Positions 49,271 to 62,210 of a DNA stretch of 64,000 nt are shown one piece after another. The DNA is from Mobula hypostoma. Its lineage: Eukaryota. Made by a program: the position numbers and the translations under genes. The notes under the pieces are model-generated. The model did not search any database and was not told where the DNA came from. It saw nothing but the letters and a program-made list of their open reading frames with translations. The stretch is taken from the NCBI RefSeq assembly GCF_963921235.1, contig NC_086101.1:15748001-15812000 (forward strand), in the 5' to 3' direction. The first letter of the stretch is position 1, and each line of letters opens with the position of its first letter.

Positions 49271-49279
49271 TTACAAGAT
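49271..49279 (-). CDS. Putative terminal coding segment IL-stop of the unidentified gene
   Basis: Branch-point-like actaac and polypyrimidine tract ending ctacctttcag|ATC TTG TAA. An alternative strong acceptor at 49055 gives VPRCYW-stop. Confidence 0.3.
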   Translation of the reverse strand: ML

Positions 49280-50364
49280 CTGAAAGGTAGAAGGGAGAAC
49301 GGACGTGTTAGTATATCCCTCCTATCTTTCAGTCTCTGACAAAATTCCCACTCTCTGCCCCACTACCCATTTTTGGTGAATAGTTAACTTGTCGGTCAAA
49401 AGTCACTTCCATTGTGCTGGCCCGTTTTAGGTCTTTCCAATTGGTTGTCTTGTGTGCCATGGCACCAGTCTCCAGTGTCAGGCACCTGGGGTATAAGAAT
49501 AGCTCACATGGGAGGCTTGGTAGCTTTGCTTTTGTCTCCAGAGGGCTTCATATTGAGGTTGCAACCACTGGGAAAGTTTGCTCCAGACCTAGAAAGCCCC
49601 TGTGCACCAGGTTTGTGTTTGCTGAATATTTAGTTTTGTAGTTTGTGTAACTTGGGGACTTAGATGTTTGGTCGAATCTTTTACTGTTTGTAAGTAAATG
49701 ATTAATATGCTTATTTGTAGTTAGTGTCTTCTGCCTGACTCACCAAATCGGTGAACCTGCTTCCACGTTACACTCCCATCTGCCTACCACCCCTCTCACC
49801 TGCCAGCACTTGCTCCATCTTTATACATTTGGCTATCTTCCCTCTAGTTTCCAGTGCAGAGGAAGGGTCTCAACCAGAGACTTTGACTCTCCATTTCCTT
49901 CCACAGATATTTACGGACACACTGAGTTCCTCCAGCATTGTGTGTACTGCTCCGGATTCCAGCCTCGGCTTGAGTATGTGTCTTTGGGGTGGCTATAAAG
50001 AGTATGATTCCCTTCTAGGTTTATTATGCCAGCAATCTGATCTGATCTGGTTAATCTGATCTGAGCCAATACTGGCTCTTGAAAAGCATTCCAGCTTGTC
50101 CCACTGCTCCACTCTCAGCCCATCCACCTTCAGATGCTCTTCCAGCTCCCTCCTGCTTGCTGTGATGGAATCTAACCCCAGGTTCCAATAATTCACTGAG
50201 TGAAAAAGCCCCTCTTGTCTCATGAGGTCAGAGAAAAGGTTCTTTGGCCCATTGTGTCCGTTTCAATGATCAAACTGATCGTACCCTCACCCATTTTACC
50301 CTCTTTGCATGCCTGTCAGCTCCTCCTCCAGCAGACTCTGCCACTCATCTTATTTGTATCCTAT

Positions 50365-50648
50365 TTGTTGGTCTCGTGAGACTATGGATTTGCATCTTGG
50401 AAGGTTTCACTGGCAGTTGCCCATGCTGCAAGTCTCCCCTCTCCACGCCACCGATGTTGTCCAAGGGAAGGGCATTAGGATCCATACAGATTGGCACCCG
50501 TGCCATTGCAGAGCAATGTGTGGTTAAGTGCCTTGCTCAAGGACATTTATTTACGAACAGTAACAGTAAAACACACTGCCTCAGCCAAGGCTCGAACTAG
50601 CGACCTTCAGATCACTAGACGAACACCTTAACCACTTGGTCATGCGCC
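50365..50648 (-). mobile_element. SINE with tRNA-like head and RTE-like tail
   Basis: Head ggcgcatgaccaagtggttaaggtg...agttcgagcc (A/B boxes); tail ccatagtctcacgagacc resembles the tail at 37600-37640. Confidence 0.65.
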
Positions 50649-51130
50649 AACACTCATCTACGCAATTAGATAACTTACAATGGCCGATTATCCTACTGAC
50701 CCAGCCCGCACATGCTGGGGTCTGGGAGGCACAAATCATTGTCCTTATCGATAAGGTGAGCAGTTTCTGAGTCACTTGTGTCAAGTGGCCTCTGATGTAC
50801 ACTCTCCCAGTCGAGAGCAGTTTTAGTTCCCACAGTTGTGCGAGCACTCACGGTCTGGAATTTCTAGTTAATCTAGACTCAAGGGAACACAGGCCTCATC
50901 TACTCAATCTCCCCTCTCACATCTCCAGTTCAGGGACTTATTGGATATAATTCAGCCACAGGGACAGGAAATGAAAAATATACTGAGAGATTTTAACCCA
51001 ATCACCACTTCATTTGATTTCTCAAGCTAAGGGCCAAACACAGCTCAATTTAAGATTTCTCAGCTACATTTTCGAATCTCTCGGGGATCTCCCCACTTCC
51101 CCTGACCTCAGCAAATGCTTGCTTACTTAC

Positions 51131-51168
51131 CTGGTTTGTGGTTTCTTCAGGCTGGAAGCTAGGATTTG
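51131..51168 (-). CDS. Putative small exon, ANPSFQPEETTNQ
   Basis: Acceptor tttgttctttctctaattcacag, donor CAG|gtaagt, 38 nt, phase 1 to 0. Confidence 0.55.
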
Positions 51169-51339
51169 CTGTGAATTAGAGAAAGAACAAATGAGGCATC
51201 TAAAGCATCAGTAAATGTTACTGACAGATGTCAGAGTAGGACACTTGCTCGATCATTTAAGTGGATTGAGGATGATCTGCTAACCTGGTGCCATTTTCTG
51301 GCACCAATCCTATATCCTTTGATGTTTTACCACCACTGC

Positions 51340-52560
51340 CCATTTATCCCAGTCCCCATTTACCCCATTCCTGTTTTAAACCTCAATCCCCATTTTACCC
51401 CATTGTTTAAATCCCCAGTCCCCACTTAACCTTGTCCTGTTTAATCCTCAGTCCCTATTTAGTCCCATTCCTGTTTAAACCCTTCAGTCTCTGTTTAGCT
51501 TCATTCCTGTTTAACCCCCTCAGTCGCCATTTAGCCCCATTCCTATTTAATCCCCTGTCCCCATTTGGCCCCATTCCTGTTTAACCCCCTCAGTGTCTGT
51601 GTAGCCCTATTCCTATTTAACCCCCTCAGTCTCCATTTCGCCCCATTCCTGTTTAACCCCCTCTGTCCCCATTTAACATTATTCCTGTTTAACTTCCTCA
51701 GTCCCCATTTCACCCCATTCCTTTTTAACCCCCTCAGTCTCCACTTAGCACCATTCTTATTTAACCCCCTCAGTTTCTGTTTAGCCTCACTTCTGTTGAA
51801 ATCCCTCAGTCCCCATTTAGTCCCATTCAAGTTTAATCTCCTCAGTTCCTATTTATCCCCATTCTTGTTTAATCCACTCAGTCCTTATTTAGCTCAATTC
51901 CTGTTGGCACCTCTGCCTATTTTAACAAGGTCCCATGGAACCTCTATTCTCATTTTACTCCTCAATCCCTTCTCTAATGACTGTATCCATTTTAGCTACT
52001 CCGTCCCCATTTAACCCCACCTATATATTTACCCCATCCCCATTTTATTCCAGTCCCCATTTAAAATCTGTTGCCATTTTAACCCCACTGACCAGTTTAC
52101 CCCATTCCTATTTAACCCCACTGACTATTTTACCCCAGTCCCTATTTCAACCCCATTGATCATTTTACCCCATTCCCCATTTAACCCCACTATTTTACCC
52201 CAGTTCCCTGAACCCCCATTCACATTTACCTCTGAGTCTTCACTTTAATGACTGTAACAATTTTAACCCCTCAGTCCCCACATTAACCCCAATGACTATC
52301 TTACCCCAGTTCACATTTAACCCCACTATTTTATTCCAGTTCGCATTTAACCCCACTGACCATTTTAGCCCAGTCCCCATTTAACCCCACTGACTATTTT
52401 AGCTCAGTCCCCATTTAACCCCACTGACTATTTTACCCCAGTCCCCATTTTAACCCCACTGAATATTTTACCCCAGTTCCCATTTTAACCCCACTGAATA
52501 TTTTACCCCAGTCCACATTTTAACCCCACTGAATATTTTACCCCAGTACCCAAGCACCCC
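51340..52560. repeat. Compound minisatellite: 36-bp unit (ccccattcctgtttaaccccctcagtctccatttag) grading into a ~35-bp unit (ttttaccccagtccccatttaaccccactgactat)
   Basis: Periodicity is visible directly; the 12-aa periodic ORF 51543..51830 confirms the 36-bp period. Confidence 0.9.
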
Positions 52561-52614
52561 AGAATCCCCTTTGACCCAGTCTCTCCACCATGCTTTGCTA
52601 CCTGTGATACTCAC

Positions 52615-52645
52615 CTGTCATGTTCATCTCGTTGTCGTCGTAGTC
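52615..52645 (-). CDS. Putative small exon, DYDDNEMNMT
   Basis: Acceptor cttcctttggcaggcag (alternative AG 4 nt upstream), donor ACAG|gtgagt. Confidence 0.45.
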
Positions 52646-52960
52646 CTGCCTGCCAAAGGAAGTGGGGGAGGATGAGGTTAATGAAACCAGGACTCCGTGC
52701 TGGTGGCATTTTACCTTTCTGTGGTGACTGGCGTCAGATTTTTACTTTACGAAACTCAGCATCTTCGCTCTGAGAAGCCCAAGCTACACAATCCCAGTGC
52801 TCTTGCCTGCCCTGCTGTTTAATCCCACAAGCAGACTCTGACAAGCCGTGACATGACTTTCTCCTGTTGAAAACCCTCACAATAAGGAGATGGATGTGGT
52901 GACCTCTTGTAGTCGGTGCATTGGGGCAGCCCCACAGTATCTTCCTACTCCCACCATTAC

Positions 52961-53077
52961 CTGCTGTACCCGGTGCACAGTGACACTGGCTGCACTGGAG
53001 CCGGACCTGAGGTGCATTTTGTAAGAGGAATCTATGCAGTGCCCTCTCCCCCAGTACTGTGTTTCTACCCCACTGTT
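52961..53077 (-). CDS. Putative 117-nt exon of an unidentified gene (phase 0: NSGVETQYWGRGHCIDSSYKMHLRSGSSAASVTVHRVQQ)
   Basis: Strong acceptor ttttgctccttttcctgcag, donor CAG|gtaatg. Two frames are open, so the frame is uncertain. Confidence 0.4.
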
Positions 53078-53599
53078 CTGCAGGAAAAGGAGCAAAACTA
53101 CTCAACTCATTCAAGAGGTGAGTGAAGTCCTGAAAAATATGTGTAATTTATGCGTTGCTTGAGAATAATGTCAGTACGATAATCACAGGAGATTCTGCAG
53201 AAGCTGGACATCCAACACAACACAGACAAATGCCACCCAGCTTCCCTCTCACCTGGTCTCACCCATCACCTGCCAGCTTGTATTCCTTACCCCCACCACC
53301 ATTCCCTTCTCATTCCTGCTTCTCTCCTTCTCCCCCCCCACCCCCACCCCACTTCCATTTCAGTCACGATGACGGGTCTCAGCCTGAAACAGAGTGTTTG
53401 TTCCTCTGCATAGATGCTGCCTGACCTGCTGAGTTCCTCCAGCATTTTGTGTGTAACTCTGTTTACGGGATGCTATGCGATGCTGCTGCAATTAGGTGTT
53501 TCATTGCATCCGTGCATATGACAATAAACTCCAGTGTGACTTTTACTCACAGAATTCAACCATGTCAAACGTGACCATTTGGTGTTCTTTTTGGTTATA

Positions 53600-56500
53600 T
53601 ATTAATCCATATTTTATCATTATTTTAATTGCTTGATTATTTCATTAACATTAAAATTGAATAATAAACATCAAATATTAGAGGAAATGCACTTAAAGTG
53701 AGAGGGAGAAAGTTCAGAGGAGATTGTGGAGTACGTATGCATCTCTTAAACTTTGAAATTGATCTCGTGTGGAGCACTTGCATTGGCAGCTCATTCCACA
53801 CTTTCATGACCCTCTGAGTGAAGAAGTTTCTCCTTAAACTTCTCATCTTTCACAACTTAAGACATGACAAATGGTTATATTCCCACCCAACCTCAATGGA
53901 ACAAAGTCTCCTTGCAATCATCCTATCGATCTCCCTCCTAATTCTATAGGTTTCAATGAGATCCCCTTTCATCGTTCTAAATTTCAGGGAGTACAGGCAC
54001 AGAGCCATCAAATGCTCCTCACACCATAACCTGTTAATTCTGGATCATTCTTTTGAACCTCCTCTGGACTGTATCCAGTGCCAACACATCTTTTCTTAGA
54101 TATGGGGCCCAGAACTGCTCTCAATGCTCCACGTGCGGTCTGACCAATGCCTTATAAAGCCTCAGCATCATGGTCTTCCTTTTATACTCTAATCCTCTTG
54201 AAATGAATAATAACTTTTCATTTGCCTTCCTTACCACTGACTCAATCTGTAAGTTCACATTTGGGAATCTTGAACAGGGGCTCCTAAGTCCCACTGCACT
54301 TCTAAGTTTTGAATTTTATCGTCATTTAGAAAGTAGTCTATGCCTTTATAACTTCTACCAAATGCATGACCATACACTTTTATAGACCATATTCCATCTG
54401 CCACTTTACCCATTTTCCCAGTCTGTCAGAGTCCCTGCTTCCTCAACACTACCTGCCCCTCCTTCTATCATTGTATCATCTGCAAACTTGGCCACAACTC
54501 CATAACTTCTGCTATTCAAATTGTTGACATATAACATGAAAAGAAGTGCTCCCAACACTGACCCCTGAGGAACACTACTAGTCACCGGCAGTCAACTAGA
54601 ATTGGCCCCGCTTATTCCAAACTTCCAACCCTCTTGCCAATCAGCCAACCTTCTGTCCACGTTAGCATCTCTCCTGTTATACCATGGGGTCTTATCTTGT
54701 TAATCAGCCTCATGTGTGGCAGCTTTTCAAAGGCCTTCTGAAAATCCACATAAGCAACATCCACATCGGATTCTCCCTTGTCTATCCCGCCTGTTATTTA
54801 CTTTAAGAATTCAAATAGATTTGTCAGGCAATATTTCTCCTTAAGGAATCAATTCTGAATTTGGTCTATTTTATCATGTGCCTACAAGTACCCTGAAACC
54901 TCATTCTTAATAATGGACTCCAACCTCTTCACAACACTGAAGTCAGGCTAACTAGCCTATAATTTCCTCCTTCTCCCTCCCTTCCAGAAGAATGAACTAG
55001 CTTACCTATTTCATCTTTTCTCTCTTTATGGATTTTTAGTTGCCTTCTGTTGGTTTTTAAAAGCTTCCCAATCCTCTAATATTTCACTCTTTTGCTATAT
55101 TATATGCTCCTCTTTTGCTTTTATAGAAATATAGAAACATAGAAAACCTACAGCACAATACAGGCCCTTAGGCCCACAAAGTTGTGCCGACCATGTGCCC
55201 GCCTTAGAAATTACTAGGGTTACCCATAGCCCTCTATTTTTCTAAGCTCCATGTACCTATCCTAAAGTCTCTTAAAAGACCCTATCACATCCGCCTCCAC
55301 CACCGTTGCCGGCAGCCCATTCCACGCACTCACCACTCTCTGCGTAAAAAAACTTACCCGTGACTTCTCCTCTGTACCTGCTCCGGAGCACCTTAAACCT
55401 ATGCCCTCTTGTGGCAGCCATTTCAGCCCAGGGAAAAAGCCTCTGACTATCCACACGATCAATGCCTCTCATCATCTTGTACACCTCTATCAGGTCACCT
55501 CTCATCCTCCATCACTCCAAGGAGAAAAGGCTGAGTTCTCTCAACCTGTTTTCATAAGGCATGTTCCCCAGTTCAGGCAACATCCTTGTAAATCTCCTCA
55601 GCACCCTTCCTATGGTTTCCACCTCCTTCCTGTAGTGAGGCGACCAGAACTGAGCACCACACATCAAAGTTGCTGGTGAACGCAGCAGGCCAGGCGGCCT
55701 CTCTAGGAAGAGGTACAGTTGACGTTTCAGGCCGAGACCCCTCATCAGGACTAACGAAGTCAGAACTGAGCACAGTACTCCAAGTGGGGTCTGACCAGGG
55801 TCCTATATAGCTGCAACATTACCTCTCGGCTCCTAAATTCAATTCCACGATTGATGAAGGGCAATACACTGTATGCCTTCTTAACCACAGAGTCAACCTG
55901 CGCAGATGCTTTGAGAGTCCTATGTACTCGGACCCCAAGATTCCTTTGATCATCCACACGCCAAGAGTCTTACCATTAATACTATATTCTGCCATCATAT
56001 TTGACCTACCAAAATGAACCACTTCACATTTATCTGGGTTGAACTCCATCTGCCACTTCTCAGCCCAGTTTTGCATCCTATCAATGTCCTGCTGCAACCT
56101 CTGACAGCCCTCTACACTATCCACAATGCCCCCAATCATCGTGACATCAGCAAACAACCCATCCCACCACTTCCTCATCCAGGTCATTTATAAAAATCAC
56201 AAAGAGCAAGGGTCTCAGAACAGATCTCTGAGGCACACCACTGGTGAACGACCTCCATGAAGAATATGACCCACCTACAACCACTCTTTGCCTTCTGTGT
56301 GCCAGCTGGTTCTGGATCCACAAAGCAATGTCCCCTTGGAACCCATGCCTCCTTACTTTTTCAATAATCCTTTCATGGGGTACTTTATCAAATGCTTTCC
56401 TGAAATCCATATACGCTACATCTACTGCTCTTCCTTCATCAATTTGTTTAAACACATCCTCAAAAAATTCAACCAGGCTCGTACGGCACGACCTGCCCTT

Positions 56501-57800
56501 GACAAAGCCATGCTGACTATTCCTAATCAGATTATACTTCTCCAAGTATTAATAAATCCTGTCTGCCAGGATCTTCTCCATCAACTTACTAACCACAGAA
56601 GTAAGACTCACTAGTCTATAATTTCCTGGGCTATCTCTACTCCCTTTCTTGAATGAGGGAACAACATCCACAACCCTCCAATCTGCTGGAACCTCTCTGG
56701 TCCCCATTGATGATGCAAAGGTCATCACCAGATGCTCAGCAATCTATTCCCTTGCCTCCCACAGTAGCGTGAGGTAGATCTCATCCGCTCCTGGCGACCT
56801 ATCCAACTTGTTGCTTTCCAACATCTCCAGCACATCCTCTGTCTTAATATCTACATGCTCAAGCTTTTCAGTCCGCTGCAAGTGATCACTACAAACACCA
56901 ATATCCTTTTCCATCGTGAATAGTGAAGTAACGTATTAATTAAGTACCTCTGCTATTTCCTTCGTTTCCAGACACACTTTCCCACTGTCACACTTGATAA
57001 GTCCGATACCTTCACGTCTTATCCTCTTGCTCTTTTCATAGTTGTAGAATACCTTGGGGTTTTCCTTAATCCTGCCCGCCAAGGCCTTCTCCTGGCCCCT
57101 TGCAATCAACTTTGGCCAGCTGCACACTCATGCCTCGGTAACTCCCTTTAATCCACTGTAATACTGATACATCTGAGTTTATATTCCCCCTCTGAAAATA
57201 TAGGGTGAATATATCATATTAAAGTCACTACCTTCCAAAGGTTTCTTTGCTTTAAGGTCCGTTATCAAATCTGGTTCATTACACAACACCCAATCCAGAA
57301 TCGCCTGTCCCCCACTGGGTTCAACCACAAGCTGATCTAAAATGTCATCTTGCAGGAATTCTATGAATTCCCTCTCGGGATCCAGCACCAATCTGATTTT
57401 CCCAATCTACCTGCACATGGAATTCCACCAAGACTATCGTAACATTACCCTTGTTAAATGTCTTTTTGAGTTCCTGTTGAAATCTATAACTCACATCCCA
57501 GCTTCTGTTCAGGAGCCTGTGTATAACTTGCATCAGAGTCTTTTGAGCCTTGCAGTTTCTTAACTTTACCCATAAGAACTCTACATCTTCCAACCCTATG
57601 GCACTGCTTTCTAAGGATTTCATTTCATTTTTTACCAGCAGTGTCACCCCACCCCCCTGCCTACCTGCCTGTCCTATTGGTACAAGGTGTATTCTTGGAT
57701 GTTAAGCTGCCAATTATGATCTTTCTGCAACGTGATGCCCACAATATCACATCTGCCAATCTCTAATTGTGCCAAAGATAATCTAATTTATTCTGTATAA
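53600..57800 (-). mobile_element. Stacked CR1 LINE fragments with a nested Penelope-like fragment (55658-55760)
   Basis: RT ORFs 55272..55505, 55760..55957, 55819..56187 and 56147..56545; 13-bp TSD cagaactgagcac at 55645-55657 and 55761-55773. Confidence 0.88.
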
Positions 57801-59523
57801 CGTGCAATAAATGGCAACTCCTTTGCTTGCATCCTCGGAAACAGCTCTATTTCTATCTTTTTTCCCTTTAAAGGTTCTTCTGAAGACCCTGACCTGGAGT
57901 TACTTTCTAACTTTGTGGGAATGGGACCCACTCTCAGGGTCTCACGGCCAGCTGTTTGTTAATATCCCAAGGACGCGGCCTGGAAGACTAGTGTGCCTTC
58001 AGGTTACCGGATTTTCATGGCTCTGGAGATGAGTTGGTTCAAGGCCAGTGTCCCTGACTGAGGAGTCGCAGGAAAACACAGATCATTGGAAGCTGTGGGC
58101 TAGCTGCTGGCTGTGTGCCCAGAGACCTGAGTTCTTTGGGCAGAGAGCTCGGAAAAAACGCCAAAACAGACTTTTAAAATCCTATTATCAGTGAGTTGTC
58201 TCGCCTTTCATTGTGAAACAGGGACACCTCTTTTTCCCTGATTCAGGAAAGAGAGACGCTGTGGTATGTCAAATTAGTAGTGAATGAGTAGTCTTTGGAG
58301 TACTGCAAGTCTGTGTCTTTATTGATATTTTGCTGTACGTTTGACTGCTTGGTGGAGTGCGCCGATGCTTTTCACTGGTGGGGAAGGGGGGACTCGCTGC
58401 CCTGCTGCTGCTTGTGCGTGGGAGGGGGAGCTGGTAGGGGGTCTTTGGGGTTCAAACGTTTAACTGTCAATCATTCTTTGGGGCACCCCTCTGTTTTCGT
58501 GGATGTTTATTGAGAAAAAGAATTTCAGGATGTATTGTATATATTTCTCTGACATTAAATGTACCCATTGAACCTGTTGAAATATAACATCTGAGTCCCG
58601 TATTCATCACTCTTTTTGATTTTGACTCCATGTTACACTTCAACCCATCCCACTGACTACAATTTTGCACTATCACCTACATAATCTCATGACACAATGC
58701 ATCGACTTGAATACCAACTTCTCCATCCTCAGACCTATCACTAAGGTTCCCATCCCCTTGCCGAATTAGCTTAAACCCTCCCCAACAGTTCGAGCAAACA
58801 GGCCTGGAGTCACGTGTGCACATAGGTCTAGGGTCAGGTGTGAACATGTACCCCTCTGGGTCAGGAATACACACAGGTGCCAGATCAGGTATATACAAGC
58901 TCCAGGTCAGGTGTGTACGCAGACCTGAGCATGTACAGGCTGGGGATAAGTGTGCAAACAAGCTTGTGACATGTGCATGGGCAGACCTGAGAACAGGTAA
59001 TGCAGTAGTCCGAGAGGACAGGCATAGTGTCAGGTGTGTGCATAGGCCTGGCTTGGCTACAGTCACTCTCTCTGATTCAGGTACGTATACATGCAGATGC
59101 ATACATGGGCTCAGGGTCAGGCACATATACAGACAGAGATCAAATATGTAAAAAGACCCAGTGGTCAGGTACAGACACACGCCTAGTGGAATCTTAATGC
59201 AGAAGCCTGAGGTTCGGTTTGTGCACAGCCTGGGATCAGGAGCACAAGCTCAGGTCTGTGCACTGTCCAGATACACCGACCTGTAGTTCACATCCAGAGA
59301 CAGGTTAAAGTTCACACCAGTTATCAGGGACTCTGAGCAAGATAAAACCCCCTTCCCTGGGGAAATCCCACCCTCCCCAATGACACACACCACCCCTCAC
59401 ATTGTACACCGTGACCCTCTCTACCTTATTACTTTCCTACCATGATGTCAGGGCACCAGGCTTCACCGCTTCATCTTGCTAGTCCAGTCTGCTCACTGGA
59501 TGGACAACAAGCTGTACCGTTAC

Positions 59524-59586
59524 CTGATAATGAACTCTCTTCAGCAGAGGGTCAGTTTGCGGATGGCGATCCATCTCCCTGCTTCC
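59524..59586 (-). CDS. Putative small exon of an unidentified gene, GSREMDRHPQTDPLLKRVHYQ
   Basis: Acceptor ctctattcagcag, donor CAG|gtaacg, 63 nt, only phase 0 open, 102-nt intron from the previous exon. Confidence 0.5.
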
Positions 59587-59688
59587 CTGCTGAATAGAGC
59601 ACGCAGACAGCAGTGTAACACTGGACCCTGGGTAATGCTCCATTTGGGCCAAGCCAACTAATCTAGCGGTGGCTGAATCCATACTCAC

Positions 59689-59732
59689 ATTTGCATTGGT
59701 GGGCAGATCAATTCGTCTTCTGGCTGGAACTC
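59689..59732 (-). CDS. Putative small exon of an unidentified gene, (G)VPARRRIDLPTNAN
   Basis: Acceptor ttttccttctttag, donor AAT|gtgagt, 44 nt, phase 1 to 0. Confidence 0.5.
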
Positions 59733-59769
59733 CTAAAGAAGGAAAATTAAGCCATGTCACAGATCATAA

Positions 59770-61260
59770 CACCGTAAGACATAGGAGTATAAGACCCTAG
59801 ACATAGAAGCAGAATTGGGCCATTCAGCCCTTCGAGTCTCCTCTGCCATTCCATTCTGGATGATTCAGGATCCCACTCAACCCCACACACCTGCCTTCTC
59901 GCCATATCCTTTGATGCCCTGACTGATCAGGAAACGATCAACTTCTGCCTTAAATATACTCACGGATTTGGCCTCCACTGCAGTCAGTGGCAGAGCATTC
60001 TACAGATTCATTACTCTCTGCCCCAGAAAAATCATTACTCTGTTTTAAAGGGCGGCCCCTCAAATTTGAGGCTGTGCCCTCTAGTTCTGGATACACCCAC
60101 CCAAGGAAACATGCTCTCGACTTAAACCCTATCTAGTCCTTCCAACATTTGGTAGGTTTCAATGAGAGATCCTCCCACCTCCGCATGCTTCTAAATTCCA
60201 GTGAGTACAGGCCCAAAGCTGCCAAAAGCTCCTCATATGTTAACCCCTTCATTTCTGGAATCATCCTTGTGAACTGCCTCTGGAATCTCTCCAATGACAA
60301 CACATCCTTTCTGAGGTATGGGGCTCAAACCTGTTGACAACTGTTGACAATGCTCCAAGTGTGGCCTGACTAGTGTCTTATAAATGGTCAGCATTATCTC
60401 CTTGCTTTTAGATTCGATTCCCCTTAAAGTGAATGCCAACATTGCATTTGACTTCTTTACCACAGACTCAACCTGTAATTTAACCTTCTGGGAGTCTTGC
60501 ACGAGGACCCCTAGGTCCCTCTGCACCTCTGATGTCTGAATTTTCTCCCCATTTAGATAATAGTCTGCACTATTGTTCATTTTACCAAAATACATTATCA
60601 TTCAGTTCCCAACACAGTATCGCATCTGACACATTTTTGCCCGTTCTTCCAGTTTGTCAAAGCCCTACTGCAATTGCATTGCTTCCTCAGCACTACGTAC
60701 CCCTTCACCTTCTTTACCACAAAGCCATCAATTCAACTATCTAAATCATTGACAAACAATGTGAAAAGTTGCAGACCCAATACTGACCCCTGAGGAACAC
60801 AAGTAGTCATTGGCAGCCAACGAGAAAAGGCCCTCTTTATTCCCACTCACTGTCCCCTGCCTGTCAGCTATTCCTTTATCCATCCATATCTCTTTCCTTT
60901 AATGTCATTGGATTTTATCTTGTTAAGCAGCCTCTTGTGTGGCACCTTATCAATCGCCTTCTGAAAATCTGAATAAATGACATCTACTGCCTTCCCTTTG
61001 TTCACCCTGCTTGTAACTTCCTCAAAGAACTCTACCAGATTTCCCAGGCAAGATTGCCCTTCACAGAAACCATGCTGACTTTGACTTACTTTATCATTAA
61101 CCTCATCTTTAACAATGGGCAACAGTTTCCCAACCACTGGGGTTAGGCTAACTGGCCTATAATTTCCTTTCTTTTGCCTCTGTCTTCTTCAAGAGTGAAG
61201 TGACATTTTCAATCTTCTAGTCCTCTGCGACCATGCCAGAATCAAGTGATTCTTGAAAGA
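59770..61260 (-). mobile_element. CR1 LINE fragment
   Basis: ORFs 60233..60601 and 60868..61137 (SQHGF..G.SCL.NL.EFFEEVT, DFQKA.DKVPH). Confidence 0.88.
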
Positions 61261-61459
61261 TTATGCTCAATGCATGTTTTATTCTATGACATCAAGAGAT
61301 TTTAAAAATTCCAAGGTCAAGTTTATTGTTCGATGCACAAGTACAGTATGTGCATGTACAGGTGCAATGAAAAGCTTCCTTGCAGCAACATCACAGGCAT
61401 CAGCATCAGGTACACAACATTCACAGAAAAATATATGTTAAACATAAAACATACACAAC

Positions 61460-62210
61460 ATAGAAACGTGAGAAAGTCTGCAGATGATGGAAATCCAAAG
61501 TGACACACACAAAGTGCTGGAGGAACTCAGCAGGTCAGGCAGCATCTATGGAAAAGAATAAACTGTCGACGTTTCAGACCGAGGCCCTTCTTCAGGACTC
61601 AGAAGGAAGGGGGAAGATACCAGAATCAAAAGGTGGGGGTGGGGGGTAGAGAATGAGTCTAGTTGGAAGTGTTAGGTGAAGCCAGATAGATGGGAAAGGT
61701 CAAGGACTGGAGAAGGAAGAATCAGATAGGAGAGAAAAGTGTACCAGGGGAGGAAAGGAACCCAGAGGGAAGAAATAGGCAGGTGAGAAGAAGTAAACGG
61801 TCAGAAAGGGGAATAGAGGAAGTTGGGGGGGGGGGGATTTGCTTCCCAGAAGGAGAAATCAATATTCATACCATCAGATTCGAGGGTACTCAGATGGAGT
61901 ATAGGGTGTTACTCCTCCACCCTGAGGTTGGCCTGACCTTGGCACGAGGAAGCCATAGATCAACACGTCAGAATAGTAATGGGATATTGTAATTAACCTG
62001 TTTGGCCACCAGGGAGTCCTGCTTCTTGCGGATGATGAGGAGGTGCTCGACGAAGCAGTCCCCCAATTTACAACATGTCTCACCAATGCAGAGGAGGCCA
62101 TATCAGGAGCACCAGACATAATAGATGTCCCCAGCAGATTCGCACGTGAAGTGTTGCATCATCTGGAAGGACTGTTTGGGGCCCTGAATGGAGGTGAGGG
62201 AGGAGGTCTA
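61460..62210. mobile_element. Penelope-like terminal repeat plus GIY-YIG fragment
   Basis: gctggaggaactcagcaggtcaggcagcatc motif; minus-strand LVRHVVNWGTASSSTS segment parallels the 28950 and 48400 copies. Confidence 0.75.

Noticed and set aside
50575-50648. tRNA gene
   Set aside because: It has A/B boxes but continues into a SINE body with a LINE-like tail, and I could not fold a full cloverleaf.
51543-52014. Periodic ORFs (GLNRNGAKWRLR repeats; hydrophobic PFLFNPLS repeats)
   Set aside because: They are by-products of the 36-bp minisatellite and have no convincing splice or start context.
53084-53117. Plus-strand mini-exon (ctgcag|GAAAAG...AGAG|gtgagt)
   Set aside because: It shares the palindromic ctgcag with the better minus-strand acceptor and has no convincing plus-strand partner exons.
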